Shown here: positions 27,524-37,038 of the stretch, one piece after another
Layout of the letters: the number at the start of each line of letters is the position of its first letter
Numbering within the stretch: the stretch's first letter is position 1
NCBI GenBank assembly: GCA_028281485.1
Contig: JANQJT010000342.1
Coordinates: 1-43,863, forward strand
Length of the DNA stretch: 43,863 bases
Direction: 5' to 3'
Origin: Phycisphaeraceae bacterium
Lineage (GTDB): Bacteria; Planctomycetota; Phycisphaerae; Phycisphaerales; Zrk34
The notes under the pieces: generated by a model
Database searches by the model: none
What the model was told of the DNA's origin: nothing
The model's input: the letters and a program-made list of their open reading frames with translations, nothing else
Program-made: the position numbers and the translations under genes

Positions 27524-29815
27524 ATGAACAAGAACACGCTGATCATCCTGGTAGCCGTTTCGGTCGCGATTGCCGCGCTCGGCGCCAATTTCATGCTCAG
27601 CGGCGAGCTCAACCGACGCCGCGTCGAGGAACAACTCACCTACAACACCGATGTCCGCGAGAACCTCTCGCCACGCATGGCGCTGGCCTCGCTCATGTCC
27701 GGCTCGTTCCGTGGCGTTGCGATCAACTTCCTCTGGCAGCGCGCCAACAACCTCAAACAGGAGGGCAAGCACTTCGAGGCGGTCGACCTGGCCGAGTTCA
27801 TCTCCGAGCTGCAGCCCCGCTTCGACCAGGTCTGGGTCTTCCAGTCCTGGAACATGGCTTACAACATTTCCGTCGCCACCCACACCGACAGCGAGCGTTG
27901 GTTCTGGGTCAGTCGCGGCGTCGAACTGATCCGTGACAAGGGCCTGCGCTACAACCCCGACTCGGTCGCGCTCTATCGGCAGCTGTCGTGGACATTCTCC
28001 CACAAGATCGGCCAGGAGACCGACGAGGCCCACCGGCACTACAAGATCATGTTGGCGCTGGAGTGGAATCGTCTGCTCGGCACGCCGCCCCGACCGGGCC
28101 TGGTTGAGCAACGCGACCTCGACGGTCAGGTCGTGCTCGACGAAACGGGCCAACCGATCATGCGCCTGGCCGAAATCGAAGCCTTTGCGCCCATCGCCGC
28201 GATGGACCAGCGCTACTTCGCTATCGACGAGGTCTCCCGCGACTTGCGCAAGCAACTGGAACAGGTCATCCTCGAACGCGCACAGGACCTGGTCGTTCGC
28301 GGCATCGCCGAGTCCGAAGACCCCGTGATCGAGGCGCTGCGCAACCTGGCTTACTCGCGTCCGGGCGTGTTCGACCGCAAGGCGTCGCGCTACTGTGAGC
28401 AGTGGGCCCAGACCGAGCCTCAGATCGTCGCCAAGCTCCGCGCGATGATCGAGCAGAACAAGCCCAAGCTGGCTGCTGAGTGGATCGATACCGACCAGCG
28501 GTTTATCGAGGATTTCCCCGAGGCCACCGAGCGCGTCGGCGCGCTGCGGCTACGCGAGTTCAAATTGGACAGCGAACTGTTGCGCCGCCTCGGCATCGGT
28601 ACCGAGCGCGTCGCCGCCCAGAACCTCGGCTTCAACACCCCCAGCGAAGAAGGCGAGATCTCGCGTGACGCGTACATCGATGATTGGCTCCGTCAGACCG
28701 ACCCCGCTGTGGTGCGCGTACGCGATCAATTGATCCTGCCCTACCTGCGAGCCAAGACGCTGCGCGACACCTACAACATGTCGCCCACCTTTATGTTCGA
28801 GCTGATGGAGGGCGACTGGATGCGGGTGGCCGACAACCCGCTGACCGATCGCGACGAGTCGCAGCCCCTGCCCCTGCCGATCGATTGGCGTCACCCCGGC
28901 GCACACGGCATGTACTGGGCCTGGCGCGGTGTGTGGTTCAGCCGGCAACGCATGCACGACAGCGACGAGTTCTTCTTCGAGCTGCTCAACGTCTACCGCA
29001 TGGTCATCCACAACTCCCAGTGGCTGGCGCACAACGGCAGGCTGACATTCGACCCGATCACGCGTTACTACGATTGGCAGTCCGACCCCCGCATGATCGA
29101 GCTCTACCTCCGCCTGTACACCGGTCATACGGACTACATCGGCGGCATCTACAAGCAATCCGTCGCCGCCGAGAGCCTCGGCATCGGCCTGGAGCACTTC
29201 TACGAGTGGGCGATCGACAACTACTGGTGGTACGGCTACGAGCGCGAGGCGCGAGCGCTGTACCGCGAGTTGCAACGCGTCTTCCCCGATTCCGACATGC
29301 AACGCAAGCGGGCCGGCATGCCCATCGAACAGTTCGTGATGCGCGAGTTCTTCGACGACCTCGAAGAACCCGACCTCGCCCGTCAAAAGATCATCGGCAC
29401 GCTCTACCAATGGCTCCGCGCCGCCTACATCAACAACGAACCGGAACTCGCAGAACGGCGCCTGCGACAGGCGCAGCTCATGTACCGTCGCTACATGCAG
29501 CACTGGAGCGACACGCCGCGCATGATACTGCCGCCGTGGGACCAGCTGCTGACCGATGTGTGCTCCAGCTACATGCTCAGCCCGATCGGCCAGGGCGATG
29601 TTGCGGCGCAGATCCTATCCGGCCGCTACCAGTTCTGGCGGTACGCGCCGGTGGAGTTGAAACAGGCGATGTGGGACCGCATCCACGAGCCGCTGTACAC
29701 GATGATCCGCCGATCCGGAGCAGGCCTGAACGACCCGAGCGTGCTGTTCCCCGAGCCGCCCGGCATGGAGCAGTGGCGTGAGCAAAACCGTAACCGCGCC
29801 ACTCAGGGCAACTGA
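27524..29815 (+). CDS. Conserved-looking hypothetical exported helical protein (PilG/XapA-like N-terminal region)
   Basis: N-terminal TM/signal, then GSFRGVAINFLW...LQPRFDQVWVFQSWNMAYNIS...G...NPDS..LY..L.W; 9 bp after the permease. Confidence 0.7.
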   Translation: MNKNTLIILVAVSVAIAALGANFMLSGELNRRRVEEQLTYNTDVRENLSPRMALASLMSGSFRGVAINFLWQRANNLKQEGKHFEAVDLAEFISELQPRFDQVWVFQSWNMAYNISVATHTDSERWFWVSRGVELIRDKGLRYNPDSVALYRQLSWTFSHKIGQETDEAHRHYKIMLALEWNRLLGTPPRPGLVEQRDLDGQVVLDETGQPIMRLAEIEAFAPIAAMDQRYFAIDEVSRDLRKQLEQVILERAQDLVVRGIAESEDPVIEALRNLAYSRPGVFDRKASRYCEQWAQTEPQIVAKLRAMIEQNKPKLAAEWIDTDQRFIEDFPEATERVGALRLREFKLDSELLRRLGIGTERVAAQNLGFNTPSEEGEISRDAYIDDWLRQTDPAVVRVRDQLILPYLRAKTLRDTYNMSPTFMFELMEGDWMRVADNPLTDRDESQPLPLPIDWRHPGAHGMYWAWRGVWFSRQRMHDSDEFFFELLNVYRMVIHNSQWLAHNGRLTFDPITRYYDWQSDPRMIELYLRLYTGHTDYIGGIYKQSVAAESLGIGLEHFYEWAIDNYWWYGYEREARALYRELQRVFPDSDMQRKRAGMPIEQFVMREFFDDLEEPDLARQKIIGTLYQWLRAAYINNEPELAERRLRQAQLMYRRYMQHWSDTPRMILPPWDQLLTDVCSSYMLSPIGQGDVAAQILSGRYQFWRYAPVELKQAMWDRIHEPLYTMIRRSGAGLNDPSVLFPEPPGMEQWREQNRNRATQGN

Positions 29816-29969
29816 TCGCCATTTGTTTGATCTCAACCCGCCGCGCGACAGCCAATCCAGGCGGTGGTATTGGACAAACTCGCATTCAACCGATCCAATA
29901 AAACGTGTGGCGTCGTCTTGGCGCCCCGTCCTCGCCCGCTAAACGTCGCCACTCACGCGGAGCCATCGG

Positions 29970-30938
29970 ATGGCGCAGATCGATTCAACTCAGCCCCTCG
30001 GCCCGGCGCCCCCGGAACCGCCAGCCCCCACACCGCGCAATCGGTTCTCCAGCCTCTCCCTTCCCTGGATCGTCAGCATCGCCGTACACATCGCCATCGC
30101 GGTCATCGGCATGTTCGTTGTCTGGTCTTCGACCACACAGAAACCCGACAAGGTCATCGTGCCGTTGACACGTTTCACCGGCGACGTGGTCGCCGAGAAC
30201 CTAGCCGACCCACAGGACACCGAAATCGCTGTGATCCACGAACGGGTGCAAACAGCCGAACCGGTCGAGGTCGCGACAGCCGAGCCGCCGGACCTGCTCG
30301 CGATCGACAACGACGCGCCGCTGAGCGCGATCGATATCGAAGTCGCGCTTCCCCTGCCTCCGGGCACGACGACCGATCGCCCCGAGCTGTCGGTCGAGTT
30401 GTTTGGCGTCGGCGGCAACGCGCGCACCGTCGTCTTCGTGGTCGACGCGTCCGGCTCGCTGCTCGACGTGTTGCCGCAAGTCATCAACGAGCTGGCACGC
30501 TCGATCCGTCAGCTGTCGACCGAGCAACGTTTCACCGTGATCTTCTTCCAGGGCGGCCGGGTCATCCACGTGCCCGTGCCGCACGCGGGCCTGAAGCGCG
30601 CCACCGCTGACGCCAAGCGAGCCGTCATCCGATGGATCGCGCTGGACAGCGGCAACATCCGCGCCGCCGGCTCGACCAACCCGCTTATCGCGCTCGAGGC
30701 CGCGATCAAGCTCAAGCCGGAACTGATCTTTGTCATGTCCGACGACTTCCGCGGCGCGGGCGATACGCCCCAGACGCAGCGCGCGATGTTGCAACGCGTC
30801 GCCCGGGCCGTCGGCGACACCAACCTCGCAATCAACACCATCGAGTTCAACGACATCGACCGGTCCGGCGTCCTCCGTCGGATCGCCGAACGACACGGCG
30901 GAACCTACAAGCACGTGGGCGATCCGCTGCAGCGATAG
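29970..30938 (+). CDS. Membrane-anchored VWA domain protein
   Basis: TM (WIVSIAVHIAIAVI), acidic/Pro linker, MIDAS VVDASGS, GST, FVMSDD, INTIEF, IAERHGGTY. Confidence 0.85.
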   Translation: MAQIDSTQPLGPAPPEPPAPTPRNRFSSLSLPWIVSIAVHIAIAVIGMFVVWSSTTQKPDKVIVPLTRFTGDVVAENLADPQDTEIAVIHERVQTAEPVEVATAEPPDLLAIDNDAPLSAIDIEVALPLPPGTTTDRPELSVELFGVGGNARTVVFVVDASGSLLDVLPQVINELARSIRQLSTEQRFTVIFFQGGRVIHVPVPHAGLKRATADAKRAVIRWIALDSGNIRAAGSTNPLIALEAAIKLKPELIFVMSDDFRGAGDTPQTQRAMLQRVARAVGDTNLAINTIEFNDIDRSGVLRRIAERHGGTYKHVGDPLQR

Positions 30939-30972
30939 ACCGACACGCGCCTCGCGCGCGAAAGGAGACGAT

Positions 30973-31749
30973 ATGCGATCACGCAAGACCCGGTACGCGA
31001 CCCTCACCCTCTGCGTACTGACCGCCTGGACGGCACAGGCGCTGGCGCAGGGCGGAGCGGAACCGACCGACGCCGAACCGACCAGCTTCACCTCGATGTT
31101 CTTCTGGTCCGACTCACGCCTCGGCCTGGTGCTGATCTACCTGCTGCTGACGATGTCGGTCGCGACCGTCGGGCTGATCATCCACTACGTCCTGCAGAAC
31201 AGGCGTACCAACATCCTCTCGCCATCAGCCAAGCAGGACATCGGCTCCAGCCTCAACAGCGGGCTGTACGGCAAAGCCATCGAGATCGCCCAGCGCGACC
31301 CCAGCGTGTTCGGTCGTATCATCGGCACAGCGCTCGGTGAGTCGTCGCACGGCTACGGCGCCATGGAACGCGCGATCGAAGAATCCGGCGACGTCGCCAT
31401 CATCTCTCGCGTTCGCGCGTTGGATATCCTCAACGTCTTCGGCGCCGTCGGCCCCATGATCGGGCTCTTCGGCACCGTCTACGGCATGATCATCACCTTC
31501 CAGGCCATCGAACAGACCGGTGGCAGACCCGACGTCGGCCAACTCGCCGGCGGCATCTCCACCGCGCTGGTCACCACCTTCTGGGGCCTGCTCGTCGGCA
31601 TCCCCGCCACCGCCGCCGCCGCGCTCATCCGCAACCGAATCGAAGGTCTCGTCACCGAGGCCATGGCCGAGGCCGACGCCATGATCGGCCGCTTCCGTCC
31701 CGCCCCACAAACCGACGCCACACAGACCAGCACGGAACCCCGCGATTGA
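30973..31749 (+). CDS. MotA/TolQ/ExbB proton channel family protein
   Basis: SD AAAGGAG; GPMIGLFGTVYGMI, LAGGISTALVTTFWGLLVGIP. Confidence 0.92.
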   Translation: MRSRKTRYATLTLCVLTAWTAQALAQGGAEPTDAEPTSFTSMFFWSDSRLGLVLIYLLLTMSVATVGLIIHYVLQNRRTNILSPSAKQDIGSSLNSGLYGKAIEIAQRDPSVFGRIIGTALGESSHGYGAMERAIEESGDVAIISRVRALDILNVFGAVGPMIGLFGTVYGMIITFQAIEQTGGRPDVGQLAGGISTALVTTFWGLLVGIPATAAAALIRNRIEGLVTEAMAEADAMIGRFRPAPQTDATQTSTEPRD

Positions 31750-32216
31750 TCTCCCGAAGACGCTACAGACCCGCGCGCGTGCAGACGAACATGACCTCCA
31801 TGCTCGACGTGGTCTTTCTATTGATCATCTTCTTCATCCTCGCCACCAACTTCGCTGCCAAGGACGTGCCCCGCATGGACACACCCGAACCCAACGTCAG
31901 CCTCGCCGAGCAGTGGGACAAGCCCAACGCGCGCGTGATTAATCTGTTGGCTGATCCGGCTGCGCCGGGTGAAGTCGGCGAGGTGCTCCTGCAGGGCGGT
32001 CGCGGCAGCTACCCGATGAGCGCCCAGGGCCTGGCCGACCTGACCGAGTCGCTGTATCAGATGCGACAGCGCATGCCCGCCTTGGAGATCGACGTCCGCG
32101 CCGATCGGTCGCTGCCTTACGACCGGGTCGAACCGGTGTTGGACGCGATCAAGGCCGCGGGTATCTTCCGGGTCAACCTCGTCGCTCAGCTCCAACGCGG
32201 GGGGGTGGCCCCTTGA
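31746..32216 (+). CDS. ExbD/TolR family protein 1
   Basis: NMTSMLDVVFLLIIFF with the conserved Asp; VRADRSLPY; TTG start in a TTGA overlap. Confidence 0.9.
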   Translation: MISRRRYRPARVQTNMTSMLDVVFLLIIFFILATNFAAKDVPRMDTPEPNVSLAEQWDKPNARVINLLADPAAPGEVGEVLLQGGRGSYPMSAQGLADLTESLYQMRQRMPALEIDVRADRSLPYDRVEPVLDAIKAAGIFRVNLVAQLQRGGVAP

Positions 32217-32743
32217 GCACGACACCGATACACGCCGAACCCGATCGCGCAGATACAGGTCAGACCGTGCATCACCGACGCCACACCGCGCGCGATCGCG
32301 GCCTGCAACCGCTGAACCTCACCAGCATGCTCGACGTCTGCTTCCTCCTGCTCGTGTTCTTTGCGCTCACCGCGAGCTTCGCCATCGACGAGGGCGTGTT
32401 GCCGACGGAACTGCCGGACGAGGGGCGCGGCGTCGCGGTCGATGCGCCGCCGCCGGTCGAGCCGATCCGCATCGTGCTCACGCCGCAGAACACCGACGGC
32501 GTCCGGATCGAGGTGCAATCCGTCCACCAACCCGTCCCCGCCAACAGCGAGCGGCTCTACCTGATGCTCGACAGCTGGCGGTTCGATCAACAGACCGGTC
32601 AGGGCCTGTTCGACGCGAGCAATCCCGTTGTCATCCGCGTCAGCGGCGCGGTCCGATGGCAACACGTCGTCGATGTTTATAATGCGGTCCTGCGTGCGAA
32701 GTACACCAACGTCGGCATCGTCGGCAACGAGCGAGACGCGTGA
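32213..32743 (+). CDS. ExbD/TolR family protein 2
   Basis: NLTSMLDVCFLLLVFF; VRWQHVVDVYNA; TTG start in a TTGA overlap. Confidence 0.88.
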   Translation: MSTTPIHAEPDRADTGQTVHHRRHTARDRGLQPLNLTSMLDVCFLLLVFFALTASFAIDEGVLPTELPDEGRGVAVDAPPPVEPIRIVLTPQNTDGVRIEVQSVHQPVPANSERLYLMLDSWRFDQQTGQGLFDASNPVVIRVSGAVRWQHVVDVYNAVLRAKYTNVGIVGNERDA

Positions 32744-35463
32744 TCCGGATCCCTCTCACCATGTCGTGTCTGGTCTGCTTGTGTGTTGTTGTGGTCGCGA
32801 ACGACGCGCTCGGGCAGCACGACGCCCCGACGCTCGCTCGTTACGCGATCGACGGCCACCACAACCGTGTCGCCCAGATCATCAACGCCTGCCCGGCCGA
32901 TCCCGACAAGGCCTTCAAGCTGCGCGACGCCCTCATCGATGGCTACCTCACCGAGCTGCGCGGCGATCGCGAGCGTTGGGAGAGAGGGGCCGGCTGGGTC
33001 ATCGCGCTGCACAACAAGACCGTCACGGCGCCGCAGAACCTGGTCGATTGGCGTCGGTCGATGTGGCAGACCGACCTGGCGCAGCAGCTCCTGTTCCGCG
33101 CCATGCCGCAGCGCCACATGGCCGGCGACTTCATCCTGTTGGGCTGTCCCTCACCGGGCCAGCGCTCCGCAGCGGACCTGCTGACCACGCGGCTCTGGGG
33201 ATACCTTGACGAGGCCGAGGCCGAGCACCAGCGCGTGCGCAACACACTGAGCAAGCGACCGGACTACCAGACGGAATATGTCGAGACGGGCCGCGTGAAT
33301 CGCATGCGCGATCACCTGACCGTGCACGTGCCTTACTACCGCGCGTGGACGGCGCTGCTGCTCAGCACGCAGGCCGACGATGGGCCCTACTTCAAGAAAT
33401 ACCGCGATGCCGAGACCCGTCGCGCAGCCCTGCTCCGGCGCGCCGCGATGGACGCCGCCGCCGTCGCCAAGAACCAAAAGGGCTTCGACACCGAGGCCCG
33501 CGCGCGCCTGCACCTGCTCACCGCCATGATCGCCGTCGCACGCGGCGATCAGGACACCGCACGCCGCCAGCTCGCCGCGGCAGACAATGCCGAGGGCGTC
33601 TCGGATTACACACGCATGCAGGTCAGGCTGGCCCGGGCGCAATCCCTGACCGCCTCCGGCCGATACACCGCCGCCGCCGCCGTGCTCGACAGCCTCGACC
33701 GACAGCTCTTTGTCCGGTCCAGCCCCTTCCACATGGTGCTGGTTGCCGATCAGCGCTTCGCCATGCTGTGTCGCCGGGCCTTGGCCCAGCAAGACCCCGC
33801 GCAGCAGGACTCGCTGCTCGCCGAAGCGTTCGATGTGTACGAGAAATTGTTGGTACGCTCAGCGATGAAGCCGTGGCGCGAGCCCTTTGAACAGTTCGTC
33901 CGTCAGCGTTACACCTCGCAAATCCCCAAGGGCGTGACACACGATCAGCTCCCGCCGATCGTGCGGCTAGCGCTGATCAAAGACGCGTACCGCCGGGCCA
34001 TGGCGCTGGACGAGACCGGCGACGCATCCGAATCTAAACCGCTGTACGAGTCGGCCGTCGAGATGTCGCGCGACCTGTTGGCCGAGACGCGCTTGTCCGA
34101 AGAGGACCACGCCGAGGCAGGTTACATGCTCGGCCTGTCTCTCCTGCAACTCGGGCGCCTCGATGAAGCCGGCCCGACGCTGCTCGATGTCGCCGAGCGC
34201 TATCCCAAGCTCCAACGCGGCGAGCAGGCGATGGTCGTCGTCTACCTCCGCATCGCTCGACCCGCCTTCCGAGACAACCCCGACGATCAGGCAACCAGTC
34301 GTTTCTACGAGCAGACCCTGCGGCTGATGCTCACCAGCTACCCGCTCATCGAACAATCCTCCGCCGCACGATACGAACTGCCCGTTTACCTCCACCATCA
34401 GCGCCGCTACGCCGAGGCATACAAGGCCTACGGCCGTGTTCCCGACGAGCACCCCGCTTTTGCTGAATCGATCTACGAGAAGATGAAGTGTGCCCACGCG
34501 ATCTGGGTCGATGCGCGCAGCGTGAAAACGGCGCGAGACACGATCACCGCCAGCGAGGAGTACCTCACCGAGGCGCAGCGCGTGATGGCCACGGGTCGCG
34601 CCAAGCCGCAGCGCGTCGAGCGGCTCACGCGCTATTCGGTCGGCGCCCTGCTCACGCGCGCGGGCGTGGTGCTGCAACAGTTCGACGCGATCGATCAGGC
34701 CGAGCGCGCCGTCGATCAGGTCGCCCAGGTGGTAGGAGACAACAGCGAGTGGCAGAGCCGCATCCTCTCATTGCGTATCACGATCGCCGAGAAGCGGGGT
34801 GACTACGCTGCCGCCGCGAAGGCCGTTGACGCTCTACACCGCCTGGACCCCGAGCTCGGTGGCGGCATGGCGGCGTCGCTGCTGCGAACGCTGGACGACC
34901 ACGCCAAACGCCGCGCCGAGAACCGAGCTGGCCTCCAAGAACTCAGCAGCCTCGCCGACGCGGCCTGCGCACTGGCCGACCGTGCCGCGCTGCCCTGGGC
35001 GAACAAACAAGCATCACTGCCCACGACACAAAAGATGTTGCTCGCGCAGGTTCCCGCAGACTGTCTCTACCGCGCCGCACGATACGATCGGGCGTTGCAA
35101 CGCTACGAGGCGATCGAGAAACAATTCCCCACGATCGCCGGCCGAAGCCTGTCGATCATCGAATCCGCCGCCGAGTGTCGCTACCACCTCAAGCAATACG
35201 AACCCGCCCGGGCCGGCTACGAGAAGATCATCCGCAACGCCCAGACACAGCAACGCTACGACCGACACTACTGGCTCGCCCAACTCCGCTGCTACCAGAT
35301 GTGGGACGCACGCCTGGCCGGCTCGACCGACCCACGACTCGGACGATCCATCGATGTTCTCCTGGAGATCAGCGGACAGCGCGGCCTGACCGATGATTTC
35401 CGCTCACGCCTCGTCGTGTTGCGTGACAAACACCTGTCCGCATCAAGCCGGGCCGTGCCGTAA
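32740..35463 (+). CDS. Large exported TPR-like solenoid protein
   Basis: Signal peptide; repeated TPR-like helices (AEAGYMLGLSLLQLGRLDEA; AECRYHLKQYEPARAGYEKI); GTGA overlap. Confidence 0.78.
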   Translation: MIRIPLTMSCLVCLCVVVVANDALGQHDAPTLARYAIDGHHNRVAQIINACPADPDKAFKLRDALIDGYLTELRGDRERWERGAGWVIALHNKTVTAPQNLVDWRRSMWQTDLAQQLLFRAMPQRHMAGDFILLGCPSPGQRSAADLLTTRLWGYLDEAEAEHQRVRNTLSKRPDYQTEYVETGRVNRMRDHLTVHVPYYRAWTALLLSTQADDGPYFKKYRDAETRRAALLRRAAMDAAAVAKNQKGFDTEARARLHLLTAMIAVARGDQDTARRQLAAADNAEGVSDYTRMQVRLARAQSLTASGRYTAAAAVLDSLDRQLFVRSSPFHMVLVADQRFAMLCRRALAQQDPAQQDSLLAEAFDVYEKLLVRSAMKPWREPFEQFVRQRYTSQIPKGVTHDQLPPIVRLALIKDAYRRAMALDETGDASESKPLYESAVEMSRDLLAETRLSEEDHAEAGYMLGLSLLQLGRLDEAGPTLLDVAERYPKLQRGEQAMVVVYLRIARPAFRDNPDDQATSRFYEQTLRLMLTSYPLIEQSSAARYELPVYLHHQRRYAEAYKAYGRVPDEHPAFAESIYEKMKCAHAIWVDARSVKTARDTITASEEYLTEAQRVMATGRAKPQRVERLTRYSVGALLTRAGVVLQQFDAIDQAERAVDQVAQVVGDNSEWQSRILSLRITIAEKRGDYAAAAKAVDALHRLDPELGGGMAASLLRTLDDHAKRRAENRAGLQELSSLADAACALADRAALPWANKQASLPTTQKMLLAQVPADCLYRAARYDRALQRYEAIEKQFPTIAGRSLSIIESAAECRYHLKQYEPARAGYEKIIRNAQTQQRYDRHYWLAQLRCYQMWDARLAGSTDPRLGRSIDVLLEISGQRGLTDDFRSRLVVLRDKHLSASSRAVP

Positions 35464-35539
35464 CCGGTGTGACTTGCCTCGATCGCGCGAACCCGGCATA
35501 CTCCTTGGCCGTGTCCGCCATGCTTGGGTATGAGTGTGT

Positions 35540-36220
35540 ATGTATGGATCACCCGACAAAATCGCGGAGCTTCAAGCACTCGCCACCGTTCGTCAGAAAG
35601 AGGCATGGCCGGGCTACTACAACATCGCCGACTTCCACGGCGGTATCTATGAGAGTCTGCACGTCTCACCCTATACGCGGGGTGCGGGGAACTGCGACTC
35701 GCCCATCTTCTTGCTCTTACAGGACTGGTGTTCGGAGGACGACATAAAGGGATTCAACGAAGAGGATAGAGCAGAAGTGGTGCGGCTTGGTCGAGCATCA
35801 AAGAAGGCCACAAATCCAATTCTGATTGACCTCGTGCATATTCACCTGAAGATGGACATTAACGAGTGCTATGCCACCAATCTTTTTCCATTCATCAAGA
35901 CTGGGGGGACTTCAAACAATGTCCCCCCCAAAGACTTACGAGATGCAGCGAAGGTGTTTGCCATTCCGCAGATCAAGGTGGTCAAACCCAAGCACGTGAT
36001 ATGTCTGGGGGCCATAGTCTTCAAATCCATTAGGCAAGCCTTGGGACTTCCATCGACACTTACTCTGGGCTCGCAGGTCGGCAAATGGTTTGATTGGGAT
36101 GGTGTCCGCATTTGGTCTCAGGCTCACCCGGCCAGGCGTCCCCAAAAGGGCCGAAGCAGTTGGGATCTGCAGAATAAAGCTTGGTTAGAAATGGTCGAAT
36201 CGGTTGATTTCAGGATCTGA
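35540..36220 (+). CDS. Uracil-DNA glycosylase superfamily protein
   Basis: IFLLLQDW, YATNLFPFIK, KPKHVICLG, QAHPA motifs; AT-richer than the flanks. Confidence 0.72.
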   Translation: MYGSPDKIAELQALATVRQKEAWPGYYNIADFHGGIYESLHVSPYTRGAGNCDSPIFLLLQDWCSEDDIKGFNEEDRAEVVRLGRASKKATNPILIDLVHIHLKMDINECYATNLFPFIKTGGTSNNVPPKDLRDAAKVFAIPQIKVVKPKHVICLGAIVFKSIRQALGLPSTLTLGSQVGKWFDWDGVRIWSQAHPARRPQKGRSSWDLQNKAWLEMVESVDFRI

Positions 36221-36318
36221 TCCTGAGGATGTAGTGGGGCTGCAAGAGCAGACTGTAGGTGCTGGTTGCCTATAACGGTTAGGCTGTGGGCGTCACACCG
36301 TACCGTGTACGTTTCGCC

Positions 36319-37038
36319 CTACGTTTCATGGGGTGAATCGCCTTCGCCCGGTGGGCGGTATGGCAAAAACGCCGCACCCCATCGCCGGATGTTTTTTTCA
36401 TCAGTTTTTAGAGCCCTCGCAATGGCACGGTTGCTCATCTTCACATATCGCATCCAGCGGACCTTCGGTATCGAGCGAAGGCGAAATTCTTTCTTGTAGC
36501 CGGGTCGCTTCTTCGCCTGGCGGCCGCCGGGCTTGCCCTTTCGTCGTTGGCCGCGTTTGGATTGATGAGCACGTTCTTCCTGCCACGTCGCGTCGGGATC
36601 GAGTTGTGTCACCAAAGGCACGTCGCCACACACCCACCGCAGGTCACGCAGGCCGAGGGTGGTGGGCATGAGATGGGGTCGGAGCTTCGGGTGATATCGA
36701 GGGTGGCGGATGAAGCGGCTCGTTGATTCGGCGAGTAAGACGGCACCATTCTCAGCCGCCATGTTCGTCGCCCGGAACAACTCGGCTTCAGCTTTATCGA
36801 CCCTGCCCGCGTAGGTCATAACGGCGATGATGATACCACCGCGTTCTGCGACCGCAGCACGAAGTTCAGCCTCCTGATCGGCATTGTTGCCGTTGGCGTT
36901 CTGGAGTCCGCTCGAAACGCGGCACCAGAGCACCACTGGGGTGCCGGGACGGATGGTTTCGATGTTGTTGATGTACGTGCTCGGGCGGTCGTGCCTTCGT
37001 TGCCGCCTCGGCCTGCGGATTTCGCGTCTTCGTTCCAT
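36319..37038 (-). mobile_element. Atypical resolvase/invertase-like serine recombinase gene
   Basis: VVLWCRVSSGLQ resembles YxRVSTxxQ; AESTSRFIR resembles DRLxR; basic GKPGGR linker; C-terminal HTH (MSNRAIARALKTDEKNIRRW). Confidence 0.6.
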
